Shown piece by piece: positions 55,162-63,888 of a stretch of 64,000 nucleotides of DNA (position 1 is its first letter; each line of letters opens with the position of its first letter). The stretch is from NCBI GenBank assembly GCA_024698685.1, contig JAILQZ010000002.1, forward strand, positions 4,366-68,365, given 5' to 3'. The notes under the pieces were generated by a model that saw only the letters and a program-made list of their open reading frames with translations, did not search any database and was not told the DNA's origin. The stretch is from a bacterium (GTDB lineage Bacteria > Actinomycetota > Coriobacteriia > Coriobacteriales > CADBOM01). The position numbers and the translations under genes were made by a program.

Positions 55162-56049
55162 ATGAGCTATGCTCAGAGCCCGAAGGTCAAGTATCCCGAC
55201 GATTACCTGGTTTCACCCGATGCTGAATGGGAGCTCGTCGCCCATACGGACGATTGCATCGTGCTCGAGGGCATAAACTTCGTCGGAGACGAGCTATGGC
55301 TCCTCGACACCGGCCGCGGTCGCATCCTCAAGGTCGAGGGCGACAAGATCGTCGTCGCGCTCCAGAGCGAGAAGGGAATGCCCAACGGAATGAGGCCGCT
55401 CGATGACCACACGATCCTTGTGGCCGACCGCATCCTGGGGCTATGCACCTACGACACCATCACCGGCGAATACGTGGTTCGCTGCACGGGTCTGCCAGAC
55501 GCCCCGTTCATCCACATCGACGACCTCGTGCTAGATGGGCGCGGCGGCGCATACATCACCGACCCCGGCGGCAGCAACTACATCAACCCGTTCGGCCGCG
55601 TATTCTACGTCCGCTACGGCGACGGCAGCTGGGAGTGCGAGGAGTTCCTCAAAGGCATCGCGTTCCCTAACGGAATCACGCTCTCGCCCGACGGGATCTT
55701 CGTCTACATCGCCGAATTCAGTTCCAACACGATCATCGCCGCTCCCTCGAAGCTCTACGACGACGACAAGGAGGCACCCTATGCATTCGCGCGCCTCGTC
55801 GGAGGCATCGGCCCCGACGGGCTCATCACGGACACGCAGGGCAACATCTACGCGGCGCATCTGCACGCAGGCGAGGTCGTGGCCTTCGACAAGAAGGGCT
55901 GGCCGATCGCGGAGATCCGACTCCCCGAATGCGCTGGCGTCGTGAACACCAACCTCTGCATCCACGATGGATACCTCTACACGTGCGAGCTCGAGAAGGG
56001 CGACGTGTGGCGCATCCCGATCAAGGCGGAGCAGCACCAGCTCTCGTAG
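55162..56049 (+). CDS. SMP-30/gluconolactonase/LRE-family beta-propeller protein.
   Basis: 295 aa with the motifs PNGMRPLDD, DDLVLDGRGGAYITD, FPNGITLSPDG and GPDGLITDTQGN. Confidence 0.7.
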   Translation: MSYAQSPKVKYPDDYLVSPDAEWELVAHTDDCIVLEGINFVGDELWLLDTGRGRILKVEGDKIVVALQSEKGMPNGMRPLDDHTILVADRILGLCTYDTITGEYVVRCTGLPDAPFIHIDDLVLDGRGGAYITDPGGSNYINPFGRVFYVRYGDGSWECEEFLKGIAFPNGITLSPDGIFVYIAEFSSNTIIAAPSKLYDDDKEAPYAFARLVGGIGPDGLITDTQGNIYAAHLHAGEVVAFDKKGWPIAEIRLPECAGVVNTNLCIHDGYLYTCELEKGDVWRIPIKAEQHQLS

Positions 56050-56264
56050 CGCGTCGCCGCATATGACGATCGCAGCGAAGCGCCTTGGGATACAGCAATT
56101 ATGGACAACTGCTTCCAGGGCGCTTCCGTTTGCCTCCATTCAATAGCTCGATTTCTAGGCATTTTGTACGCCTTTTTGCGAAAAACCATGCCTTTATCGG
56201 CACTTTTGTCGATTTGCAGAGACCTTTCACCTCTTTCGAATGTAAACTATTCTCGCAATTGCAA

Positions 56265-56480
56265 ATGGCTAGATGGAACGCGCCCACGGGCGCGGGCTGT
56301 TCGAAAGGGCAGCAAGGGGAATGCGGGTGAGAGTCCCGCGCTATACCAGTAACCGTAAGGCTTTGCATCAAGATCCTCTAAGCGATGCAGACGAAGTCGG
56401 AATGCCTTTCCATCGAAAACTTTGTTGCCCTGGATGGCTTTGCGCTCGAATGAATCCTCCAGGAAAAGTTGGCTCCAATG
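56265..56480 (+). promoter_or_regulatory. Cobalamin (B12) riboswitch. Boundaries are approximate.
   Basis: The core is AAGGGGAATGCGGGTGAGAGTCCCGCGCTATACCAGTAACCGTAAGG (about 56313-56360). This compares with the consensus GGGAA..GGTG.A.ATCC...C.GT.CCCGCAACCGTAA. A B12-box-like GAAGTCGGAATGCC lies at 56393-56406. The element sits about 110-320 nt upstream of the cbiK-like gene. Confidence 0.75.
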
Positions 56481-56587
56481 ATGCAGGCGCGACCATGCCC
56501 GGCGCGTTTGCATTTAGGCTGAAGGGTGCGCCCTGAAGCCGGGCAGATTGTCAGCCGGGCAAAAAGAAAAGGAAACGGAGAAAGAAT

Positions 56588-57469
56588 ATGAAGAAGCTAC
56601 TTGTTGCAATCACTGTCGTGGCTGCCCTGTGCGCTGGAATGATCGCAGGTTGCTCCGGCAGCAAGGCCGAGCCGGATCCCACCAAGGAGATCCTGGTCGT
56701 GAGCTTCGGCACCAGCTTCGCCGATAACCGCGAGGAGACCATCGGCGCAGTCGAGAGCGCGATCCAGGAGGCGTTCCCGGAGTGGACCGTCGCTCGCGCG
56801 TTCACCGCTCAGATCATCATCGACAAGGTTGCCAAGGAGGAGGGCGTCGAGATCGATAACTTCGAGCAGGCACTCCAGAGGGCACATGACAACGGCGTCA
56901 CCACGCTCGTCATCCAGCCTACCCACCTGATGCATGGCCTCGAGTACACCGATGTCAAGAACACCCTCGCCCAGTATGAGGACCAGTTCGAGACGGTCGT
57001 CCTGGCAGAGCCGCTGCTCTCCAGCGATGAGGACTTCGAGGCAGTCGCGAAGGCCATCACCGACGCAACCAAGGACAGCGACAACGGCACCACCGCCCTC
57101 GTCTTCATGGGCCATGGCACCGAGGCCGACTCCAACGCAGTCTATGCTAAGATGCAGGGCGTCCTGACCGCTGATGGCTTCGCCAACTACTATGTCGGCA
57201 CCGTCGAGGCAACCCCGTCCCTCGATGACGTCATCGCCGCAATCGACGGTAAGGGCTACACCGATGTCGTCCTCACCCCGCTCATGGTTGTCGCTGGCGA
57301 TCATGCCAACAACGACATGGCTGCTCAGGATGATCCCGAGTCCTGGTACAGCATCCTCACCGCCAAGGGCTATAACGTAACTGCCAATCTCACCGGCCTT
57401 GGCTCGCTCAAGCCGATCCAGGATCTCTACGTTCAGCACACCCAGGCTGCCATCGATAGCATTCAGTAA
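56588..57469 (+). CDS. cbiK: CbiK-type sirohydrochlorin cobaltochelatase homologue with a lipoprotein signal peptide (exported).
   Basis: 293 aa with the lipobox AGMIAGCSG. It is CbiK-like throughout (ILVVSFGTS, FMGHGTE, PLMVVAGDHANNDM). Both catalytic His positions are present. Confidence 0.85.
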   Translation: MKKLLVAITVVAALCAGMIAGCSGSKAEPDPTKEILVVSFGTSFADNREETIGAVESAIQEAFPEWTVARAFTAQIIIDKVAKEEGVEIDNFEQALQRAHDNGVTTLVIQPTHLMHGLEYTDVKNTLAQYEDQFETVVLAEPLLSSDEDFEAVAKAITDATKDSDNGTTALVFMGHGTEADSNAVYAKMQGVLTADGFANYYVGTVEATPSLDDVIAAIDGKGYTDVVLTPLMVVAGDHANNDMAAQDDPESWYSILTAKGYNVTANLTGLGSLKPIQDLYVQHTQAAIDSIQ

Positions 57470-57510
57470 GCGAGTGCAACGCATACGGCAAGCCTGCTAA
57501 TGCAGTCTTG

Positions 57511-57542
57511 GAGCCCCAGATGATTAGCTTCGTCTGGGGCTC
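57511..57542 (+). other. Intercistronic 10-bp-stem hairpin.
   Basis: gagccccaga (57511-57520) pairs with tctggggctc (57533-57542). There is no U-tract, so it is more likely a processing or stability element than a full terminator. Confidence 0.4.
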
Positions 57543-57566
57543 TGAGCACAGAAAGGGAGGTAGGCT

Positions 57567-58769
57567 TTGAAGAAGTTTCTGAGCATGGCGATGTCGCTGG
57601 CGCTCGCGCTCGCGATGTGCTTCGGCATCCCTGCGGCGATCGCCGATGACGGAGTTGCCGGCAGCGACGAGTATGGCGGTCGCGAGGCCGTCGCCAACGA
57701 TGGCATGATCCCCGTCTCGGGCGACCAGCTGCCCGATGGCACCTACAACATCGACGTCATCTCCGATTCCGGGATGTTCAACATCGTCAACTGCGTCCTC
57801 AAGGTGAAGGACGGCAACATGACCGCCACCGTGACGCTCTCCGGCGATGGCTACGACTTCCTCTACATGGGAACCGGCGAGGAGGCCGTCAAGGCCGGAA
57901 CCGCCGCATATTCGGGCTATAAGGAGAACTCGGACGGCAAGTACGAGTACACCGTCGAGGTCTCGGCCCTCAACGAGGGCATTCCCTGCGCGGCGTTCAG
58001 CCACCGCAAGCAGCAGTGGTACGACCACACAATCGTCTTCTCCCCCGCCAAGATCGACAAGGACATCCTGCCTGCAGGAACCTACTGCGCCGAGAGCACC
58101 GATCCATTCAACGGGGCCGGCTACATCGACCTCGAGGACGGTACCTACACGATGGATGTCGAGTTCGCGGGTGGAAGCGGCAAGGCATCGATCAACTCCC
58201 CGGCGAAGCTGACCGTCAAGGACAAGTGCGCCTCCGCCGAGCTCGAGTGGAGCAGCGATGGCTACGACTACCTGGTCGTCAACGGCTACAAGTACCCGAA
58301 GACCAATACCGAGGGCAACTCGAAGTTCGAGATCCCGGTGCTCTGCTACGACAAGCCGATGGACATCATCGGCGACACCACGAAGATGAGCACGCCGCAT
58401 GAGATCGACTACACCCTCACCTTCAAGAAGGACACCGCGAAGGCGGCTGGATCGCTTGGCGGCTCGACCCTGTGGATCATCATCGGCATCGTCGTCATCG
58501 CGGTCATCGTCGTCGCAGCGCTTCTCGTGAGAAAGAGCCGCAAGAAGAAGGCGAGCGACCTGCCGATGACTGCTGCTGCAGCTGAGGAAGCGGTAGAGGA
58601 AGCTGCCGCAGACGCAGCCGATGCCGTCGAAGCTGTCGAAGAGAAGGTCGAGGAGATCGCCGAGACTGCCGAAAACGCAGCTGCCGAGGCCGAAGAGGCC
58701 GCCGAAGAGGTTGCCGAGATCGCAACCGATGTCGCTGACGATGCGGCCGAGGCTATCGAGGAGAACTAG
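57567..58769 (+). CDS. Surface protein with a signal peptide, two tandem ~120-aa beta-rich domains, a single C-terminal TM anchor and an Ala/Glu-rich acidic cytoplasmic tail.
   Basis: 400 aa with a TTG start 6 nt after GAAAGGGAGG. The internal repeat is LPDGTYNIDV...LKVKDGNMTATVTLSGDGYDFLYMG against LEDGTYTMDV...LTVKDKCASAELEWSSDGYDYLVVNG. The TM helix is LWIIIGIVVIAVIVVAALLV, followed by RKSRKKK. Confidence 0.8.
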   Translation: MKKFLSMAMSLALALAMCFGIPAAIADDGVAGSDEYGGREAVANDGMIPVSGDQLPDGTYNIDVISDSGMFNIVNCVLKVKDGNMTATVTLSGDGYDFLYMGTGEEAVKAGTAAYSGYKENSDGKYEYTVEVSALNEGIPCAAFSHRKQQWYDHTIVFSPAKIDKDILPAGTYCAESTDPFNGAGYIDLEDGTYTMDVEFAGGSGKASINSPAKLTVKDKCASAELEWSSDGYDYLVVNGYKYPKTNTEGNSKFEIPVLCYDKPMDIIGDTTKMSTPHEIDYTLTFKKDTAKAAGSLGGSTLWIIIGIVVIAVIVVAALLVRKSRKKKASDLPMTAAAAEEAVEEAAADAADAVEAVEEKVEEIAETAENAAAEAEEAAEEVAEIATDVADDAAEAIEEN

Positions 58770-58772
58770 GCG

Positions 58773-59951
58773 ATGGCAAAGGTTATCACCAAGGCTTTGA
58801 GGCGCGTTGCCGTTGCGATGGCGTGCATCGCGCTCTCCGCCTTCGCGCTGGCTGGCTGCTCTGGGGACAAGAGCATCTCCCCCGAGAACGTCAGCTCCGA
58901 GTTGACGTACGACCACAGCATGGAGCTCAAGTATGCGAAGCTGTTCTCAGTCGACTACTACAACGACGGCTACAAGCTGATCACGCTCGATGGCGAAGGC
59001 AGCTATCTCGTCGTTCCTGAAGGCGCGGCCATCCCAGGCGATCTCTCGCCTGAGATAGTCGTTTTGCAGCAGCCGCTCGACCAGATCTACCTCGTCGCCT
59101 CATCCGCCTTCGATATGTTCAAGGCGATCGACGGCATCGACACGATCCACCTCTCCGGCACCAAGGTCAGCTCCTGGCACATCAAAGAGGCCGTCGACGC
59201 GATGAACTCAGGGAAGATCCTCTACGCGGGCAAGTACAACATCCCCGACTACGAGCTGATCCTCTCCGAAGGTTGCGACCTCGCGATCGAGTCGACGATG
59301 ATCTACCACACCCCCGAGGTAAAGGAGGCGATCGAGGGCTACGGCATCCCGGTATTCGTCGACATGTCGAGTTACGAGGATGAGCCGCTCGGCCGCTCCG
59401 AGTGGGTCAAGGTCTACGGCGCGATGCTGAACAAGGAGGCCGAGGCCGAGGCCGCCTTCGATGCGCAGGAGGCCATGTTCGACGCGGTGGCCGATGAGGT
59501 CGCCGGCACCAGCACGGGCAAAACCATCGCCTTCTTCTACATCACGACGAGCGGCGAGGTCAACGTGCGCAAGTCGACCGACTACGTGCCGAAGATGATC
59601 GCCCTTGCCGGCGGAGAATACGCCTTCTCCGACCTCGAGGGCGACCCCGATAGCAGGACGAGCAGTGTCACGATGCAGATGGAGGACTTCTACAACACCG
59701 CGAAGGACTGCGACATCCTGATCTACAACTCGACGATCACCGGCGAGGTCGATTCCATCGATGAGCTGCTCGGCCTGAGCAGCTTCATGGGCGAATTCAC
59801 CGCGGTGTCGACGGGCAACGTCTGGTGCACCTCGCAGAACATGTATCAGGAGTCGATGCAGCTGGGTTACTTCGTCAAGGACCTCCACACAATCCTCGTC
59901 AACCCAGATGCCTCCGACAGCGAACTCGTCTATCTGCGAAAGCTGCACTAA
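58773..59951 (+). CDS. ABC substrate-binding lipoprotein, BtuF/HmuT/FecB class.
   Basis: 392 aa with the lipobox ALAGCSG. Its layout is that of a class III periplasmic-binding protein (...LQQPLDQIYLVASSAFDMFKAIDGIDTI...). Confidence 0.7.
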   Translation: MAKVITKALRRVAVAMACIALSAFALAGCSGDKSISPENVSSELTYDHSMELKYAKLFSVDYYNDGYKLITLDGEGSYLVVPEGAAIPGDLSPEIVVLQQPLDQIYLVASSAFDMFKAIDGIDTIHLSGTKVSSWHIKEAVDAMNSGKILYAGKYNIPDYELILSEGCDLAIESTMIYHTPEVKEAIEGYGIPVFVDMSSYEDEPLGRSEWVKVYGAMLNKEAEAEAAFDAQEAMFDAVADEVAGTSTGKTIAFFYITTSGEVNVRKSTDYVPKMIALAGGEYAFSDLEGDPDSRTSSVTMQMEDFYNTAKDCDILIYNSTITGEVDSIDELLGLSSFMGEFTAVSTGNVWCTSQNMYQESMQLGYFVKDLHTILVNPDASDSELVYLRKLH

Positions 59952-60018
59952 CGGGCTCGGGGCAGGCAATGCGGCACGAGAACCGCTCTCCTAGCCCACA
60001 CAATCGCCTCTAAGGCAC

Positions 60019-60058
60019 GAAAAGGGTGGCACCCGATAGGGATGCCACCCTTTCATTT
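60019..60058. terminator. Bidirectional terminator between convergent operons.
   Basis: aaagggtggca (60021-60031) pairs with tgccacccttt (60043-60053), flanked by A and T tracts. Confidence 0.75.
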
Positions 60059-60106
60059 CTGCCGCTGAGCGCGATCTCAGCGCCTTGCCGCTCCTTTGGC
60101 CAGCGG

Positions 60107-60454
60107 CTACTTGCAGGTGTAGGGGCCGGGAACGAACAGAACCTGGTTGGGCTTCTTGTCCATCTCGACGATGAGCTCGTCAATCGGTCCGAACCTCATG
60201 ACGCCAGCGAGGCAGTGATGGACGCAGGTGGGAAGCTTGCCCTTGGCCTGACGGTCTGCGCAGAGGTCGCACAGCGAAGTCGGGGTTGGGATCTTGTTCC
60301 AGTTCATCGTCTTCTCGTCGATCTCCCAGGGACCCTCGTCGAGGACCCTGATGCCCCACTTGCCAACGCCGAAGCCATGCTCCTGCTTGCAGGCGATCTC
60401 GCAGGATTGGCAACCAGAGCAGAACTCGTAATCGATCAAAAGGCCGTTTCTCAT
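60107..60454 (-). CDS. Mini-ferredoxin subunit (two predicted [4Fe-4S] clusters) of the molybdopterin oxidoreductase.
   Basis: 115 aa. CSGCQSCEIAC together with CDLC...CVHHC gives 8 Cys in two cluster motifs. It lies 12 nt downstream of the catalytic-subunit gene, with an AGGAGG RBS. Confidence 0.8.
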   Translation of the reverse strand: MRNGLLIDYEFCSGCQSCEIACKQEHGFGVGKWGIRVLDEGPWEIDEKTMNWNKIPTPTSLCDLCADRQAKGKLPTCVHHCLAGVMRFGPIDELIVEMDKKPNQVLFVPGPYTCK

Positions 60455-60466
60455 TGCTAATCCTCC

Positions 60467-62755
60467 TTATTTGTTCAGCTTCTCGATCTTGCAGATGATG
60501 CACTTGAAGGGTGCGCCGAAGCCGAGCTTGCCGACGAACTTGTGTGGCATGAGGTTGTTGATGTTGCAGCGCCAGACTCCGTAGAGATGCGGCTCTTCAG
60601 CATCCTCCTCAGGGAACCAGAAGCCATGCTGGGCGTTTGCAAGGCCCTGCCTGACGACCGGAGTGATCTTGGCCTTGAGCTCGCATCTGCCGAACTCGTT
60701 CTCGACGTTGACCCACTCGCCATCGATGATGCCGAGCTTCTCGGCGTCCTTCGGATTGATCTCGATCCACGGATCGGGATTGAGCTCGCGGAGCAGCGGG
60801 ATCTGCTTGCCCTCGGAGTGGAAGTACGCATAGACGCGCGAACCAGTGGTGAGGACGAACGGATACTCCTCCATCAGCTCCGGAGTGGAGATCGGCGAAC
60901 GCTGCGGCTCCTCGTAGTAGGGCAGCGGATCCTCGCCGAACTGGGCGAACATCGTCGAGTAGAGCTCAACGCGGCCGGTCGGGGTGTTGAATCCCCTCTT
61001 GCGATCGGGACGCAGGAGGCCGAGCTCGTACTTCTTGTAGGTGACCTTGCGCTGGCGGGTGACCTCTTCCTTGAGCTCGTTGTAGTCGATGTTGTTGCCG
61101 AAGCGGAACTCCTCCATGAAGTCGTAGAGGGTCGGGAACTTGGCGTAGTTGTCGGGCATGATCCTGCGGCCGATCTCGTACTGGATCTCGAGGTCGCCCT
61201 TGGTCTCGCCAACCTGGACGGCGTTGACCACGGAACCGGTCATGTTCGGCGATGCGCCGTAGTGGACCGCGACGCCCGACTCCCTCTCGGCGAAGGTGGC
61301 CAGCGGGAGGATGACGTCCGCGCAGCACTGGATCGTCGGGGTGATCCAGCAGTCGGCGGCGAAGACGAAGTCGAGCTTCTGCATGGCGTCATGCCAGCGC
61401 TTGGGCTGTGCGGCGCAGGTTCCTGCGAGCAGGTTGGTGGATGCGATGAAGCCAGCGTGGATCTCATAGGGCTCGCCGGTCTCCATGGCCTCGAGCGTGA
61501 GGTCCGCATGCGAGTTGAGGACGATCGCGACGTAGGCCGGATACTCCTTGAGGCCGATGATCTTGTTCTGAAGCTCAGGACCGAGCGAGCTCCAGCCGAA
61601 ACCGAGGTCGGCCAGGGAGTCGGTCACGTCTCCGAGGAGCTGTCCGCCGGGGACGTCGAGGTTGCCGGTGAGGGCCTCGAGGGCGAGGATGCAGTGTCCA
61701 GCCTGCGCGCCGTTGGCCTTCTGGTCGATCGCGAGACCCCAGAGGATCGCCGCGTTCTGGGCGTTGGCGTACATGCGGGTGGCGCCGTAGATGTCCTCGA
61801 CGTCGATGCCGCAGATCTCGGCGGCTCTCTCGGGAGGCATCGTCGCGACGCGCTCCGCGAGCTGCTCGAATCCGTAGCAGTACAGGCTGACGAACTCCTC
61901 ATCGTAGAGCCCCTCGCTGATGATGATGTTGAGCATCGCCATGCCGAGCGCGGCATCGGTGCCGGGACGCAGCGGCAGGTGATAGACGGCGCGGGTGGCC
62001 AGCCAGTTGGTGCGCGGGTCGACCGAGATGAGCTTGGAACCGCGCTTCATGCAGTCGATGACGGAGTGTCCGAAGAATCCGTCGCCGTTGGAGGGCAGAG
62101 GCTCCTTGCCCCAGGTCATCATGACCTCGGGGATCTTGTACATCGGGTCATCATAGCGCCCCGGCAGACCGCCTGCATAGTCCATCTCGGGATAGGTTGC
62201 GCCGGTGACGAACGTCGCAGCGGCAACGCGCGGGATGTAGCATGCATAGCCCGACTGGGTGTAGCAGGAGTTGGGGGTTCCGAGCATAGCCTGCCCGTAG
62301 GGGCCGCACATCGGGCCGCCCTCGCGGCCGGTTCCTCCGAAGACGACGATGGACTCCGGGCCGTACTTCTCCTTGATGTCCTTGATGTTGGTCTCGATGA
62401 TCTCGTAGGCCTCGTCCCAGGTGATGCGCTCCCACTTGTTCTTGCCGCGATCCTCGAAGGCGCGCTTCATCGGGTAGATGACGCGATCGGGATGGTAGGT
62501 CATGTCCGGGAGGGTCAGGCACCTGACGCACAGGCGGCCCTGGGTGATGGGCTGGTTCTCATCGCCCTCGACCTTCTCCAGGATTCCATCCTCGTTCACG
62601 TAGAATTTGATGCCGCATCCAACAGGATGGCATCCGGGTGCGGACCATGCGCAACCGCGGGTGACGGTATATCCGTCCTCCTCGAACTGCCACGGCTTGT
62701 CGAGGTCGTTGTTGAAGGCCTCGATTCCGCTATCGATTTTCGGTCGTGTTGCCAT
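60467..62755 (-). CDS. Molybdopterin (bis-MGD, DMSO-reductase superfamily) oxidoreductase catalytic subunit with no Tat signal.
   Basis: The ORF runs 60467..63085. I chose the start at MATRPKIDSGIEAFNNDL (ATG 62755), preceded by GGAAAGAAAGG; upstream of that point the ORF overlaps the torD-like gene. The N-terminal Cys cluster is GCAWSAPGCHPVGCG...CVRC. The body is MopB-like. Confidence 0.85.
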   Translation of the reverse strand: MATRPKIDSGIEAFNNDLDKPWQFEEDGYTVTRGCAWSAPGCHPVGCGIKFYVNEDGILEKVEGDENQPITQGRLCVRCLTLPDMTYHPDRVIYPMKRAFEDRGKNKWERITWDEAYEIIETNIKDIKEKYGPESIVVFGGTGREGGPMCGPYGQAMLGTPNSCYTQSGYACYIPRVAAATFVTGATYPEMDYAGGLPGRYDDPMYKIPEVMMTWGKEPLPSNGDGFFGHSVIDCMKRGSKLISVDPRTNWLATRAVYHLPLRPGTDAALGMAMLNIIISEGLYDEEFVSLYCYGFEQLAERVATMPPERAAEICGIDVEDIYGATRMYANAQNAAILWGLAIDQKANGAQAGHCILALEALTGNLDVPGGQLLGDVTDSLADLGFGWSSLGPELQNKIIGLKEYPAYVAIVLNSHADLTLEAMETGEPYEIHAGFIASTNLLAGTCAAQPKRWHDAMQKLDFVFAADCWITPTIQCCADVILPLATFAERESGVAVHYGASPNMTGSVVNAVQVGETKGDLEIQYEIGRRIMPDNYAKFPTLYDFMEEFRFGNNIDYNELKEEVTRQRKVTYKKYELGLLRPDRKRGFNTPTGRVELYSTMFAQFGEDPLPYYEEPQRSPISTPELMEEYPFVLTTGSRVYAYFHSEGKQIPLLRELNPDPWIEINPKDAEKLGIIDGEWVNVENEFGRCELKAKITPVVRQGLANAQHGFWFPEEDAEEPHLYGVWRCNINNLMPHKFVGKLGFGAPFKCIICKIEKLNK

Positions 62756-62829
62756 AGCGTACCTTTCTTTCCTTTTCCATTTATATGCAGGCGTCCACCT
62801 GTGCAAACCTGCAGGCAGAGCGCCCTTTT

Positions 62830-63525
62830 TCACAACTCCAAAGCCTGCGAGATGCGATCTCTGTCGGCCTCCAGGACTGCCAGCGCGAGCTTTGCGAGCG
62901 CGCTGTAGAAGGCGGTCTCGGAGAATTGCTGGACGAGCTGGGCGAACTGCGGAACCCATGTGAGCATGTGAGCGTCGATGAAGTCCCTTTGCTCTCGCAG
63001 ATATCCCTCGGCCTTGCTCGGCTCGCCCTCGCGCACGGCCAGGATCTCCTGCCCGGTGAGGAACTGCATGAACTCGAGCTCGCACGCGATGTGGTCGTCG
63101 AAATCGATGCGAGTTTTGGTTGGGCGGAATCCGTAGGCGTTGTAGGTGGCGGTAACATCGAGGGTGCTCTCTTGAAGCAGGCTGCCGTTGCGCGAGACGT
63201 AGACCGACTCGTAGGGAACCGCAGCCCTCGGCCCCTTGGGCCTGTTCTTGTCGTTGGGATCCGGAGGGTATCCGATGAACGATATGACGTAGTCGATCGC
63301 AAGATTGGACTTGGTGCGATCGTTCGCCTCATCGAGGTATGCCCTCATCTCGGCATAGGAAGCGTCGATAGCCTCGTTGCCCGATGGCTCGGGAACGGGG
63401 CTATCGATCAGATCCTTGAGAAGCGGCGCGTCGATTTCCAGCCTGAACAGGCGCGAGAGCATTGCATAGTCCTCGTACCTTTCCTGAAGAAGCTCCTCGG
63501 AAAGCATCCTGTCCAGGCTCGACAT
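62830..63525 (-). CDS. TorD/DmsD-family cofactor-insertion chaperone.
   Basis: 231 aa. The motifs YAMLSRLFRLEID and DHIACELEFMQFL are typical of TorD-like chaperones. Confidence 0.75.
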   Translation of the reverse strand: MSSLDRMLSEELLQERYEDYAMLSRLFRLEIDAPLLKDLIDSPVPEPSGNEAIDASYAEMRAYLDEANDRTKSNLAIDYVISFIGYPPDPNDKNRPKGPRAAVPYESVYVSRNGSLLQESTLDVTATYNAYGFRPTKTRIDFDDHIACELEFMQFLTGQEILAVREGEPSKAEGYLREQRDFIDAHMLTWVPQFAQLVQQFSETAFYSALAKLALAVLEADRDRISQALEL

Positions 63526-63540
63526 CGCTAGTATCGCCGC

Positions 63541-63888
63541 CTAGCCGTAGTGATAGGGCTGGGGAACGAAGAGAACCTGGTTGGGCTTGAGTTCAAGCTC
63601 CTTGGCCAGCTCCTCGACCGTTCCATACTGCATGACGCCAGCCAGGCAATGATGCACGCAGAAAGGCTGCTTGCCCTTGGACGTCCTGTCTTCGCAGAGG
63701 TCGCAAAGACGCGTGGGAACCGGGATCTTGTTCCAGTTGTACTTGCCGTCGGAGCACTTCCAGGGGCCGTCGTCGAGAAGGCGGATGCCCCACTGGCCTA
63801 CCGGGATGCCGTGCTCTTCCTTGCAGGCTACCTCACAAGATTGGCAACCGGTGCAGAACTCGTAATCGATCAGAAGTCCGTATGCCAT
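63541..63888 (-). CDS. Mini-ferredoxin subunit, paralogue of 60107..60454.
   Basis: 115 aa, beginning MAYGLLIDYEFCTGCQSCEVACKEEHG. It has the same length and Cys pattern as the first copy. Confidence 0.8.
   Translation of the reverse strand: MAYGLLIDYEFCTGCQSCEVACKEEHGIPVGQWGIRLLDDGPWKCSDGKYNWNKIPVPTRLCDLCEDRTSKGKQPFCVHHCLAGVMQYGTVEELAKELELKPNQVLFVPQPYHYG

Noticed and set aside
57408-58916. 502-aa minus-strand ORF across the receptor gene, and the 788-aa plus-strand ORF 60542..62908.
   Set aside because: They are antisense to genes that have signal peptides or cofactor motifs. Their composition is Asp/Gly/Arg/Val-rich and low in complexity.
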